Assembly: GCA_001780895.1 (NCBI GenBank)
Contig: MFJJ01000010.1
Coordinates: 898-64,897, forward strand
Direction: 5' to 3'
DNA length: 64,000 bases
Source of the DNA: Candidatus Gottesmanbacteria bacterium RIFCSPHIGHO2_01_FULL_46_14
GTDB lineage: Bacteria; Patescibacteriota; Microgenomatia; UBA10105; UBA927
Shown: positions 55,847-64,000 of the stretch, piece by piece
How the letters are laid out: every line of letters begins with the position of its first letter
Position numbering within the stretch: position 1 is the stretch's first letter
Translations under genes and position numbers: made by a program
Notes under the pieces: model-generated
What the model was told of the DNA's origin: nothing
The model's database searches: none
What the model saw: the letters and a program-made list of their open reading frames with translations, nothing else

Positions 55847-56737
55847 ATGGATGTACAGACCGATTTACCAAAAGTCAAAGAGCAGTTGGAAAAAGCCAAA
55901 GAAGTACTCATTGTCACGCACGAGAAACCGACGGCTGATAGCGTGGGGAGTACGCTCGCACTCTACCTGGGGCTCATCAGCTTGGGAAAGAAAGTAACGG
56001 TTGCTTGCCCTGAACCGATTACTGTCGAACTTTCTAACTTCATTGGTGTTCAAAAAATTGTCTCTGACCTTGGCAATAAAAATTTTGTGATCTCTCTCGA
56101 TTACGTCGACGGGTCAATCGAAAAAGTAAGTTACAATATAGAAGGTGATAAATTTAACCTCGTTATAGAACCGCGTGTGGGTTTTGAACCCTTTTCTCAA
56201 GAGAAAGTGCACTATGCGTATGCAGGCACCAATGCAGATTGCATTATTGCCGTTGATACGATCCATTTGGGTGGTCTCAAAAAACTCTATGACGGAGATA
56301 AAAATCTGTTTGCCAGTAAACCCGTTATCAATGTTGACCGACACGCCAATAACTCCATGTTCGGGACAATCAATCTTGTTGATCCGCAGGCATCTGCGAC
56401 AACAGAGATTATAGCTCAGCTCATGAGCGGTTTGGGAGTAAAACTTACGGTCGATATCGCAAGCAATATTTTAAACGCCCTCTATGGGGCAACCGACGGA
56501 TTTAGTCAGGCCAATGTGACACCGCTAGCCTTTGAGCTTGCCGCCACATGCCTTCGTGCTGGAGGCAAACGATTTGGTGCTGCAGAGCCTCAACCAATCG
56601 CGCCAGTGGTATCAGTACCGGTGACGTCTGTTCCGATCCAACCGCTTATCAAGCAACCGGCACCAAATGCCGGAGGTCAAACACCAGCCGACTGGCTCAA
56701 ACCCAAAATCTTCAAGAGCTCCACCAATATTTCCTAA
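55847..56737 (+). CDS. DHH/NrnA-like protein with degenerate motifs
   Basis: LIVTHEKPTADSVGS, INVDRH (not DHH), ASATTEI. Confidence 0.7.
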   Translation: MDVQTDLPKVKEQLEKAKEVLIVTHEKPTADSVGSTLALYLGLISLGKKVTVACPEPITVELSNFIGVQKIVSDLGNKNFVISLDYVDGSIEKVSYNIEGDKFNLVIEPRVGFEPFSQEKVHYAYAGTNADCIIAVDTIHLGGLKKLYDGDKNLFASKPVINVDRHANNSMFGTINLVDPQASATTEIIAQLMSGLGVKLTVDIASNILNALYGATDGFSQANVTPLAFELAATCLRAGGKRFGAAEPQPIAPVVSVPVTSVPIQPLIKQPAPNAGGQTPADWLKPKIFKSSTNIS

Positions 56738-56777
56738 ACATTGAAGGAGCAGACGTTCTGTACTATACTTCTCTTTG

Positions 56778-57053
56778 ATGCGACTGGTATTTTCCGATCA
56801 TGCGAAACGACGCATGAATGAGCGGAAAATCAGTAAAATTCTCGTTAAAGGAGTCGTAGAAGCGTTCGATTATAAGTTTCTTGATGTTTTAACTAAACAC
56901 ATTGTTTTTGTAAAAAGCATGATGTTTAGAAGAGAAAAACGGTATATTGCGGTTTCTGTCGATGAGCGTGAAGAGGAATATATAGTTGTCAGCGTTCATC
57001 CGATTCGTGATCGGGATTTTTCATCAAGAATAGAAAGTGGTAGATGGATATGA
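56778..57053 (+). CDS. DUF4258-like toxin-type protein
   Basis: FSDHAKRRMNERKIS...IVVSVHP. Confidence 0.7.
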   Translation: MRLVFSDHAKRRMNERKISKILVKGVVEAFDYKFLDVLTKHIVFVKSMMFRREKRYIAVSVDEREEEYIVVSVHPIRDRDFSSRIESGRWI

Positions 57054-57268
57054 AGCAAAAACCAAAAGTTTACTATGACCAAAAAGTCGATGCGTTGTGG
57101 ATCCGGGTTAAGAAAGGCCCGGAGGCAGATTCGGCTGAAATTGCTCCTGGTTTGACAGTTGAGTACAACGCAAAAGGTGACATTATCGGCCTCGAAATCC
57201 TCAATGCTTCCTCGGTATTTAATGCCGTTAAAACCCGTTCCGTTCCGCAGGAAGCATCCTACGCTTGA
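57050..57268 (+). CDS. DUF2283 domain protein
   Basis: YDQKVDALWI...G.IIGLEILNAS; ATGA overlap with the upstream gene. Confidence 0.85.
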   Translation: MKQKPKVYYDQKVDALWIRVKKGPEADSAEIAPGLTVEYNAKGDIIGLEILNASSVFNAVKTRSVPQEASYA

Positions 57269-57334
57269 TATTTCAGTGAGAATTTAGTATAATTATATTT
57301 GTTGGAGCGAAACGTAGCTCCTTTTCAGTATTTT

Positions 57335-57712
57335 ATGCCTCGAACGAAGAAAACTGCGAAAGAAGTAAAGAAACAAACCAAAACTTCCAAAGGAACTCCT
57401 AAAAAAGTTGCCAAAAAAGAAAAAAAGGAAGCGGTGGTCGTTGCTCCTGCGCCAAGTGCAGAAAAGCAAGTGGTTATTACGCAATTTCAAGTCAAACAGG
57501 GCGATACCGGAAGCCCAGAAGTGCAGGTTGCGCTCCTGACTAAACGCATTGAAAAACTCGTTGGGCATCTGAAAGGTAATCCGTCGGATAATCATTCCCG
57601 GCGCGGGTTACTGGGAATTGTCAGCAAACGCCGGAGACTATTAAATTACTTGGAAAAGAAGGATGACAGGCGATATAAAATAATTGCACAGAAACTCGGG
57701 CTTTCTAAATGA
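57335..57712 (+). CDS. rpsO: 30S ribosomal protein S15 with a Lys-rich N-terminal extension
   Basis: [27 protein letters not shown]. Confidence 0.95.
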   Translation: MPRTKKTAKEVKKQTKTSKGTPKKVAKKEKKEAVVVAPAPSAEKQVVITQFQVKQGDTGSPEVQVALLTKRIEKLVGHLKGNPSDNHSRRGLLGIVSKRRRLLNYLEKKDDRRYKIIAQKLGLSK

Positions 57713-59871
57713 AGATTACCAAAAAAACAGTAGATATAGGTGGGAGAACGCTTTCTCTGGAAGTAGGCAGGTTTGCCGAACAGGCAAGTGCTTCTGTTCT
57801 TGCGAGCTACGGCGATACCATGGTATTGGCCACAGTCACCGCTTCCTCCAAAGAAACGACGCTTGATTACTTCCCGCTTTCTGTTGAATATGTGGAGCGT
57901 CTCTACGCCGGAGGCCGCATCAAAGGAAGCCGTTGGGTCAAACGCGAAGGCAGGCCATCGGACGATGCAGTGCTTGCCGGGCGGGTCATTGATCGATCGA
58001 TCCGACCGCTATTCCCCAAAACCTATAAGCACGACGTACAGGTGATTATTACCGTTTTGTCCGTCGACGGAGTCAATGATCCGGATATTTTGGGTTTAGT
58101 GGCCACATCAGCGGCAATTGCACTATCCCCTATCCCATGGAATGGGCCGATAGCCGGTGTGCGCGTGGGCTACGTTAAAGACAACGGCAACAGTTCGTTT
58201 TTGATAAATCCGACCATAACGGAGCAGGGACTGTCCGATTTTGATTTTGTCGTTTCGGGTACCCGCGAAAAGACCGTTATGCTTGAAGGTGGATTTTGTG
58301 AGACTCCCGAGAATGTGGTATTTGAAGCAATTGGGAAAGCAAAAGAAGCCAACGCAAAAATTATTGATTGTATTACATCGCTTGTCAAAGCTGTCGGAAG
58401 CACAAAAGTCCCGGTTTCTCTCGTGAGCCAAGCAGATGAACTCAAGATTAAAATTAGTCAGGATTACAAAAAAGAAATGGCCGAGGCTTTTGCCAAAAAA
58501 GCCCAAAAAGAATTTGGCGGAGCGGAAGTGGCTGAGCTTGCTAAGATTATCGCAGAGGCATACGGAAAGGACTATACCGTCAAAGTTATTGAGGAAGCGC
58601 TTGACGGGCTGTTCAAAAAGCAGGTTCGCGATAATGTTTTGGAAAAAGGACAGCGCTTTGACGGAAGGAAGATTGACGAAGTACGCCCGGTTTCCGTCGA
58701 CGTGGGTATCTTGCCGCGAACACACGGGAGCGCAGTATTTCAGCGCGGCCAAACACAAGTACTGACCGTGGCTACTTTGGGGACACCAAGTCTCGAGCAG
58801 CTTATTGAAAGTCCGGCAGGAGAGGAATCAAAACGCTATATCCATCACTACAGTATGCCGCCGTACTCAGTTGGCGAAACAGGCCGCGTAGGAACGCCCT
58901 CCCGCCGCGAAATTGGTCACGGTGCGCTTGCCGAGCGGGCGCTTCTTTCGGTTATTCCCTCTGAAGAAGAATTTCCCTACACTATTCGGCTCGTGTCGGA
59001 AGTCATGTCGAGCAATGGTTCAACCTCAATGGCGTCGACCTGCGGATCAACTTTAGCGCTTATGGATGCAGGAGTTCCAATCAAAGAGCCGGTCTCCGGA
59101 ATTTCGATTGGTCTCATGACCGACAAGAAAAAATTCGTGTTACTCACCGACATTATGGGGATAGAAGATTTCGCCGGTGATATGGATTTTAAAGTAGCTG
59201 GAACCAAAAATGGCATTACCGCAATCCAATTAGATATCAAGATCGACGGACTCACTGACGAGATCGTTGAGGGGACATTGGAGCGGGCAAAAGTTGCGCG
59301 ATTGAAGATTTTGGCGGATATGCTTGCTGTTCTTGATGCGCCCAGAAAAGCACTTTCTCAGTACGCGCCCAAAGTCCAGATTGTCAAAGTTCCGACGGAA
59401 AAAATCGGCGAAGTTATTGGTCCCGGTGGCCGGATGATCAGGCAGATTATCGCAACCACTGGTGCAACCGTGGATGTCAACGATGATGGATCTATCGTTA
59501 TGTCCGGTAGCGCCGAGGCGGTAGATAAAGCCGTTACCTGGGTTCAGGGGTTGACGCGCGATGTGCAGGTTAATGAGGAATTTGAGGGAGAAGTGAAGCG
59601 AATTTTACCATTTGGTGCGTTTGTTGAAGTATTGCCGGGAAAAGAAGGCATGGTTCATGTTTCGCAGATGTCAACAGGTTTTGTGAACGATCCCAATGAC
59701 GTCGTGAAGCTCGGTCAAAAAGTGAAGGTTCGGGTCATGGAAATAGACGATCAACATCGGGTGAATTTATCAATGCTTTTCGGCGACGATGCCAAAAAGG
59801 TAGCCCCTCGGCAGCGTCAGGATGGTGGAGACCGACCTCGCAGATCGTTCGACCGGAAGCGCAGATATTAA
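57709..59871 (+). CDS. pnp: polyribonucleotide nucleotidyltransferase
   Basis: [42 protein letters not shown] and S1 domains. Confidence 0.98.
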   Translation: MKITKKTVDIGGRTLSLEVGRFAEQASASVLASYGDTMVLATVTASSKETTLDYFPLSVEYVERLYAGGRIKGSRWVKREGRPSDDAVLAGRVIDRSIRPLFPKTYKHDVQVIITVLSVDGVNDPDILGLVATSAAIALSPIPWNGPIAGVRVGYVKDNGNSSFLINPTITEQGLSDFDFVVSGTREKTVMLEGGFCETPENVVFEAIGKAKEANAKIIDCITSLVKAVGSTKVPVSLVSQADELKIKISQDYKKEMAEAFAKKAQKEFGGAEVAELAKIIAEAYGKDYTVKVIEEALDGLFKKQVRDNVLEKGQRFDGRKIDEVRPVSVDVGILPRTHGSAVFQRGQTQVLTVATLGTPSLEQLIESPAGEESKRYIHHYSMPPYSVGETGRVGTPSRREIGHGALAERALLSVIPSEEEFPYTIRLVSEVMSSNGSTSMASTCGSTLALMDAGVPIKEPVSGISIGLMTDKKKFVLLTDIMGIEDFAGDMDFKVAGTKNGITAIQLDIKIDGLTDEIVEGTLERAKVARLKILADMLAVLDAPRKALSQYAPKVQIVKVPTEKIGEVIGPGGRMIRQIIATTGATVDVNDDGSIVMSGSAEAVDKAVTWVQGLTRDVQVNEEFEGEVKRILPFGAFVEVLPGKEGMVHVSQMSTGFVNDPNDVVKLGQKVKVRVMEIDDQHRVNLSMLFGDDAKKVAPRQRQDGGDRPRRSFDRKRRY

Positions 59872-59900
59872 CCTTCGGTTCCTCGTGATACTATTACACT

Positions 59901-60986
59901 ATGTCCAAGCTCACCGATGAAGTGGAGGCACTTCGAAAAAAACTTAGTGAAGCGCACGTTCCAAAAGAATTAACAACGCGTGTTGAAGGCAATTTGGAAG
60001 AAATACTTCGTATTGAACATGACATTACTTCCCGCGCGCACATTGATCAAATCCTCCGTTACGTCGATTGGGTACTCCATCTCCCATGGGATACGCGAAC
60101 CAATGACGTTCTTGATTTACCCAAGGCACGAGAGATTCTCAATAAACACCACTACGGCTTGGAGCCAGTTAAAATCCGAATTTTGGAGTATTTAGCAATA
60201 TTGAAGCTTAACCTTGATCGCTGGAAGAATGAGTCGTCCACCAATGAGGCAAAGCTTTCTCATGCAATTTTGGCTCGTCGTGCACCGATTTTGTGTTTAG
60301 TAGGACTCGTCGGTACCGGAAAAACGACGCTTGCTAAATCGATTGCCGAGGCAATGGGGAGGCGCTACGTGCGTATTCCATTTGGAGGAATGAGTGATTC
60401 TCTGGATCTTCGTGGACAATCCCGTGTACGAGCTGATGCGGAGATAGGTTTAATCCTCAAGGGACTCCGGTTTGCCGGGACAAAAAATCCCGTGATATTG
60501 CTCGACGAAATAGACCGTGTCGCAGAACAAACCCGCGGTGACATTATGGGAGTGCTCGTTGAGCTTTTGGATCCGGAACAAAACGTCGCATTCACCGATC
60601 ATTATTTGGACTATCCGTTTGATTTATCTGAAGTCCTTTTTATCGCAACGGCCAATAATACGACCAACATCGCTACAGCAGTCCTCGATCGTTTGGAACC
60701 GATCCAGATGCCTTCCTATAGCGACGAAGAAAAGATCACTATTGCAAAAGATTATGTTCTCCCACAGCTCATGGCTGAATCAGGGCTCACGAAAGAAAAT
60801 TTAACCATTGATGAGTCCATTTGGCCTAAACTCGTCAGACCCTTGGGCTATGATGCCGGCATCAGAAGTCTCGAGCGCACCATGAATAGTCTGTGTCGCA
60901 AAGTTGCCCGCATGATTGTGGAAGGAAAGGGAAAGAGCTTCACCGTAACGCCGGAAAATATAAAGGAATTTATCGAAACGTATTAA
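59901..60986 (+). CDS. Lon-like AAA+ protein lacking the N-terminal and protease domains
   Basis: HYGLEPVK.RILEYLA, GLVGTGKT, NPVILLDEID, LLDPEQN..F.DHY; ends before the protease domain. Confidence 0.85.
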   Translation: MSKLTDEVEALRKKLSEAHVPKELTTRVEGNLEEILRIEHDITSRAHIDQILRYVDWVLHLPWDTRTNDVLDLPKAREILNKHHYGLEPVKIRILEYLAILKLNLDRWKNESSTNEAKLSHAILARRAPILCLVGLVGTGKTTLAKSIAEAMGRRYVRIPFGGMSDSLDLRGQSRVRADAEIGLILKGLRFAGTKNPVILLDEIDRVAEQTRGDIMGVLVELLDPEQNVAFTDHYLDYPFDLSEVLFIATANNTTNIATAVLDRLEPIQMPSYSDEEKITIAKDYVLPQLMAESGLTKENLTIDESIWPKLVRPLGYDAGIRSLERTMNSLCRKVARMIVEGKGKSFTVTPENIKEFIETY

Positions 60987-60999
60987 GCGGAATTATTAT

Positions 61000-61031
61000 G
61001 ATACTGTATTACTGAACAGTAATACAGTATC
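61000..61031. repeat. palindrome B, copy 1 (15-bp perfect arms)
   Basis: GATACTGTATTACTG-AA-CAGTAATACAGTATC. Confidence 0.95.
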
Positions 61032-61050
61032 CAGTTTATCGAAATTGAAT

Positions 61051-61440
61051 ATGACTAGGGTATCCCGAGTTCCGCTCAGTAACAAAGAGAAGTTGTCATT
61101 GACTGAAGAGTTTTGGAACACACTCGGAGAATTGAATAAAACGCAGGTCGAGCATTTTTTTAGAGAGTTCTTTTCGCCAACGGAGATTGTAATGTTTGCA
61201 AAGAGACTTCATATTTTAAAAAGTCTTCGACAGAACACTACATATGAGCACATACAACAAGGCATTAAGGTTACTGAGCCTACGATCGCCAAGATGAGTG
61301 CAATACTGCAACGCGGCGATGAAGATTTTTTCCGTATTCTTGATTACTTAATTCGTGATGAAAACAGTAGATGGCAAGCATATCTCGATTCTCGTAAACC
61401 TCACATTCGGGGAAAAATGATTTTTCATGTTAATAGATAG
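61051..61440 (+). CDS. TrpR/YerC/YecD-like repressor, second paralog
   Basis: EFFSPTEIVMFAKRL.I...L....TYEHIQQGIKVTEPTIAKMS. Confidence 0.8.
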   Translation: MTRVSRVPLSNKEKLSLTEEFWNTLGELNKTQVEHFFREFFSPTEIVMFAKRLHILKSLRQNTTYEHIQQGIKVTEPTIAKMSAILQRGDEDFFRILDYLIRDENSRWQAYLDSRKPHIRGKMIFHVNR

Positions 61441-61441
61441 T

Positions 61442-61469
61442 TACTTTATTACTGTCCAGTAATTAAGTA
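61442..61469. repeat. palindrome B, copy 2 (degenerate)
   Basis: TACTTTATTACTG-TC-CAGTAATTAAGTA, 1 nt after the stop codon. Confidence 0.85.
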
Positions 61470-61484
61470 TTACATTACAGACAT

Positions 61485-63218
61485 ATGAGACGTTTTTTTC
61501 AAAGAAGAAAACAACAAACTGTTTTTCAGGGTTCTTCGGGAAGTGGGAAAGATTCAGTTCGTGTTATCCCTCTTGGCGGGACGGGGAATGTGACGAAAAA
61601 TATGTTCGTCTATGAGTATCGCTATGATGGAAAACTCCGGGATATACTTCTGGTTGATTGCGGTATCGGATTTCCAGACCCGGATATGTATGGCGTCGAT
61701 TTAGTCATACCCGATGTGCGATATTTGGAAAACAAACGAAACGCTATCAGGGGATTGGTGTTTACTCACGGACATGATGATCACATTGCGGGGATTCCCT
61801 ATGTTTATCACAAACTGGGGAGTATTCCCATGTGGGCAACGACGCTCACCGCAGCGTTTGCCAATATTAAGCTCAATGAAATTCACATTCGGGAGCGAGT
61901 CAAGGCAGTCTCGTTTGATACGACGCTTCGGATAGGGCCGTTTACCGTATCATTTGTCCGCGTGACCCACTCGGTACCAGATGCGGCGAATTTGATTATT
62001 CAAACGCCGATTGGAATGTTTTATCACGGCAGCGATTTTAAGTTTGATTTTGACCCCCTTGACGGGAAAAAATCAGAGCTCGAAAAAATTACCGCGGCGG
62101 GCAAGCGCGGAGTACTCTGTTTGCTCACTGACTCATTGGGAAGCGAACGGCCGGGGTTTACCCCGTCTGAACAGGCCGTAGGTGATACGCTGGAAAAAGA
62201 GCTCCGCTTAAGTACCGGTAAGTTTCTTTTTACCACGCAGTCGAGTAATATCTCCCGTATTCAATTAGCAATTGAACTCGGTCTCAAGTATCATCGGCAA
62301 ATTGCATTCTTAGGAAGAAGTATCGATCAGAATGTGGAAGAGGCAGTAAAACTTGGTTACATGAAGTTTCCCCGCGAGGCCTTGATCGGCGATCGGGATC
62401 TCAAACGAATTCCGGCCAATAAGCAATTCCTGGTCGTTGCCGGGAGCCAAGGGCAGTCTGATTCAGCGCTCACGCGGATTGCAAATGATACCCATCGATT
62501 TGTCCATTTAGAAGAGAGCGATACGGTGGTATTTTCAGCCGATCCGATCCCCGGGCACGAAAATGACGTGGGGAGTCTTATAGACCAAATATATCGAAAA
62601 GGCGCGCGCGTTTCCTACTCTTCCATAATGGAGGATCTTCATGTATCCGGCCACGGGAGCCAAGGCGACTTAATGCTTATGCTTTCAGCATTAGGTCCCA
62701 GATATGTGTTTCCTATCGGAGGGACGTATCGTCACACCATGCAATATCGAAGATTGGCCCAAGACATTGGATACGAGAAGCGCGATATTCTTATTCCGGA
62801 AGAAGGCGATGTCATAGAATTTCGGTCCGATGCTCCCCCCAGGGTTGCAGAACGCATAGCCCTAGAAAACGTCATGATAGACGGATTGGGAATTGGAGAT
62901 GTTGGCGATATCGTCCTGCGTGATCGCCAAACGATAGCCAAAGAAGGAATTGTTGTCGTGGTTGTACCGATTGAGCAGTCATCGAGTCGTGTGGTCGGAG
63001 GAGTTGATATTATTTCACGCGGATTTGTCTATATGAGGCAATCGGGGAAATTGGTTGATGATGCCAAGCGTATCGTGTCAGCTTCTCTGAAGCTTCGAAA
63101 AGGCCGAATGGTCGATTGGCAATTTGCGAGAAAACAAATAGAAGAAGAACTTGCACGATTTCTCAAGCGCGAAACCGGCCGAAATCCTTTGATTGTCCCC
63201 GTTTTAGTTGAAGTATAA
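61485..63218 (+). CDS. rnj: ribonuclease J
   Basis: PLGG...KNM, THGHDDHI, HSVPD, GSQG, HVSGH. Confidence 0.95.
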   Translation: MRRFFQRRKQQTVFQGSSGSGKDSVRVIPLGGTGNVTKNMFVYEYRYDGKLRDILLVDCGIGFPDPDMYGVDLVIPDVRYLENKRNAIRGLVFTHGHDDHIAGIPYVYHKLGSIPMWATTLTAAFANIKLNEIHIRERVKAVSFDTTLRIGPFTVSFVRVTHSVPDAANLIIQTPIGMFYHGSDFKFDFDPLDGKKSELEKITAAGKRGVLCLLTDSLGSERPGFTPSEQAVGDTLEKELRLSTGKFLFTTQSSNISRIQLAIELGLKYHRQIAFLGRSIDQNVEEAVKLGYMKFPREALIGDRDLKRIPANKQFLVVAGSQGQSDSALTRIANDTHRFVHLEESDTVVFSADPIPGHENDVGSLIDQIYRKGARVSYSSIMEDLHVSGHGSQGDLMLMLSALGPRYVFPIGGTYRHTMQYRRLAQDIGYEKRDILIPEEGDVIEFRSDAPPRVAERIALENVMIDGLGIGDVGDIVLRDRQTIAKEGIVVVVVPIEQSSSRVVGGVDIISRGFVYMRQSGKLVDDAKRIVSASLKLRKGRMVDWQFARKQIEEELARFLKRETGRNPLIVPVLVEV

Positions 63219-63251
63219 GCTTCTAAAGACCTATACTAGACAGTACTCACT

Positions 63252-64000
63252 ATGGCGTTGTTTAAAAAGAGAAAACGATCTTACAAAAAACGACGGAATC
63301 AATTTGGGTCGGTGAAGCTCAAGAAGCAGACCGTCTATACGGTCGCAGCGATCTGGATGTGGTTATTTGCCGGTACTATCACATTGGCATTTTTTGGTGA
63401 AGGATCGCTCTTAACCTCGCTTCGGGACGAAATTACCTATCACATTGGTTGGGGAATGTACGGGCTTCCGCCGTTTTTGATTACCGCAAGTTTCCTTTTA
63501 TTTAAGGTTAAGTCCGATATTGGCAAACCCAATGTCCCTCTGGGAGTTGGGATTATGTTAGCCTCTTTGATCGGACTTACCCAGGCAGGAATCGCGGGAG
63601 AGGCTGTTTGGAATATTTTAGCAGAAGCAATCTCCACTGAGGGCGCGGTACTCGTGTTTTTAGGAGCGTTTATGGTAGGGTTCATTATTCTCCTCAATAC
63701 GTCGCTTGATCGATTTATCAACTTTATCTTTACCGGGCTACAAAAACTGGTTGAGATGGTCGGGAGTATCGGGACGTTATCGAAAAAGGATGATATCGTA
63801 TTTAGTAAAGACAAGGAGAAGCCGATCGTCAAAACTCCCATGCCGCTTCCTCCCGTTGCCGGAGCTAAAGTTGCACCCGAGAGAACCCAGGCCCAGTCCT
63901 CGTTGTCTATTCCTTCACCAACAGTATCAGGGGAACCCATGCTATGGGAGTATCCACCGCTGTCTTTGCTATCTGATGGACCAGGTCAAAAGGCTGACCG
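63252..64000 (+). CDS. ftsK: FtsK/SpoIIIE DNA translocase, N-terminal part (3'-truncated)
   Basis: Basic N-terminus, multiple TMs, in-frame WEYPPLSLL; rnj-ftsK adjacency; the motor domain lies outside the window. Confidence 0.7.
   Translation, partial: MALFKKRKRSYKKRRNQFGSVKLKKQTVYTVAAIWMWLFAGTITLAFFGEGSLLTSLRDEITYHIGWGMYGLPPFLITASFLLFKVKSDIGKPNVPLGVGIMLASLIGLTQAGIAGEAVWNILAEAISTEGAVLVFLGAFMVGFIILLNTSLDRFINFIFTGLQKLVEMVGSIGTLSKKDDIVFSKDKEKPIVKTPMPLPPVAGAKVAPERTQAQSSLSIPSPTVSGEPMLWEYPPLSLLSDGPGQKAD

Noticed and set aside
50134-55917. Long antisense ORFs over dnaK, infB and others (e.g. 50134-50754, 54808-55503; also 63440-63940)
   Set aside because: Shadow frames of well-supported genes, with no recognisable motifs.
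1-64000. Alternative genetic code (TGA readthrough), tRNA/rRNA genes, IS elements
   Set aside because: Core genes are intact in code 11 and several end in TGA. I saw no cloverleaf, rRNA or transposase signatures by eye; a covariance search was not run.

Overview
A gene-dense 64 kb bacterial chromosome segment (genetic code 11). Its content is typical of Patescibacteria/CPR, most like Microgenomates; this is inferred from a short IF2, an AAA-only Lon, a degenerate DHH protein, TrpR/YerC-like orphans, Pro/Thr-rich surface proteins and a Cys-rich repeat protein. Housekeeping genes: metG, tatD, rmuC, two UvrD/PcrA helicases, tpiA, rpsT, murJ, hrcA-grpE-dnaK-dnaJ, nusA-infB-rpsO-pnp, lon-like, rnj and the 5' end of ftsK. 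Envelope genes: wecA-like, ubiA-like, GT2/GT-C, femAB x2, LCP, pilN/pilO and many surface proteins. Small accessory modules, mostly toxin-antitoxin-like, sit between these; no integrase, transposase, rRNA, tRNA or CRISPR array was seen. Main non-obvious signals: (1) two TrpR/YerC-like paralogs, each bracketed on both sides by its own ~30-bp palindrome with 8-bp internal periodicity; (2) a complete 1:2/2:3/3:4 leader-peptide attenuator with Met control codons upstream of metG; (3) a NYN ribonuclease followed by a convergent, promoter-bearing ~60-nt structured non-coding RNA candidate; (4) cargo modules flanked by duplicated, synonymously diverged gene ends; (5) short GC palindromes inserted in frame in core genes; (6) pervasive leaderless-type promoters. 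All product calls come from motifs recognised by eye; no database searches were run.
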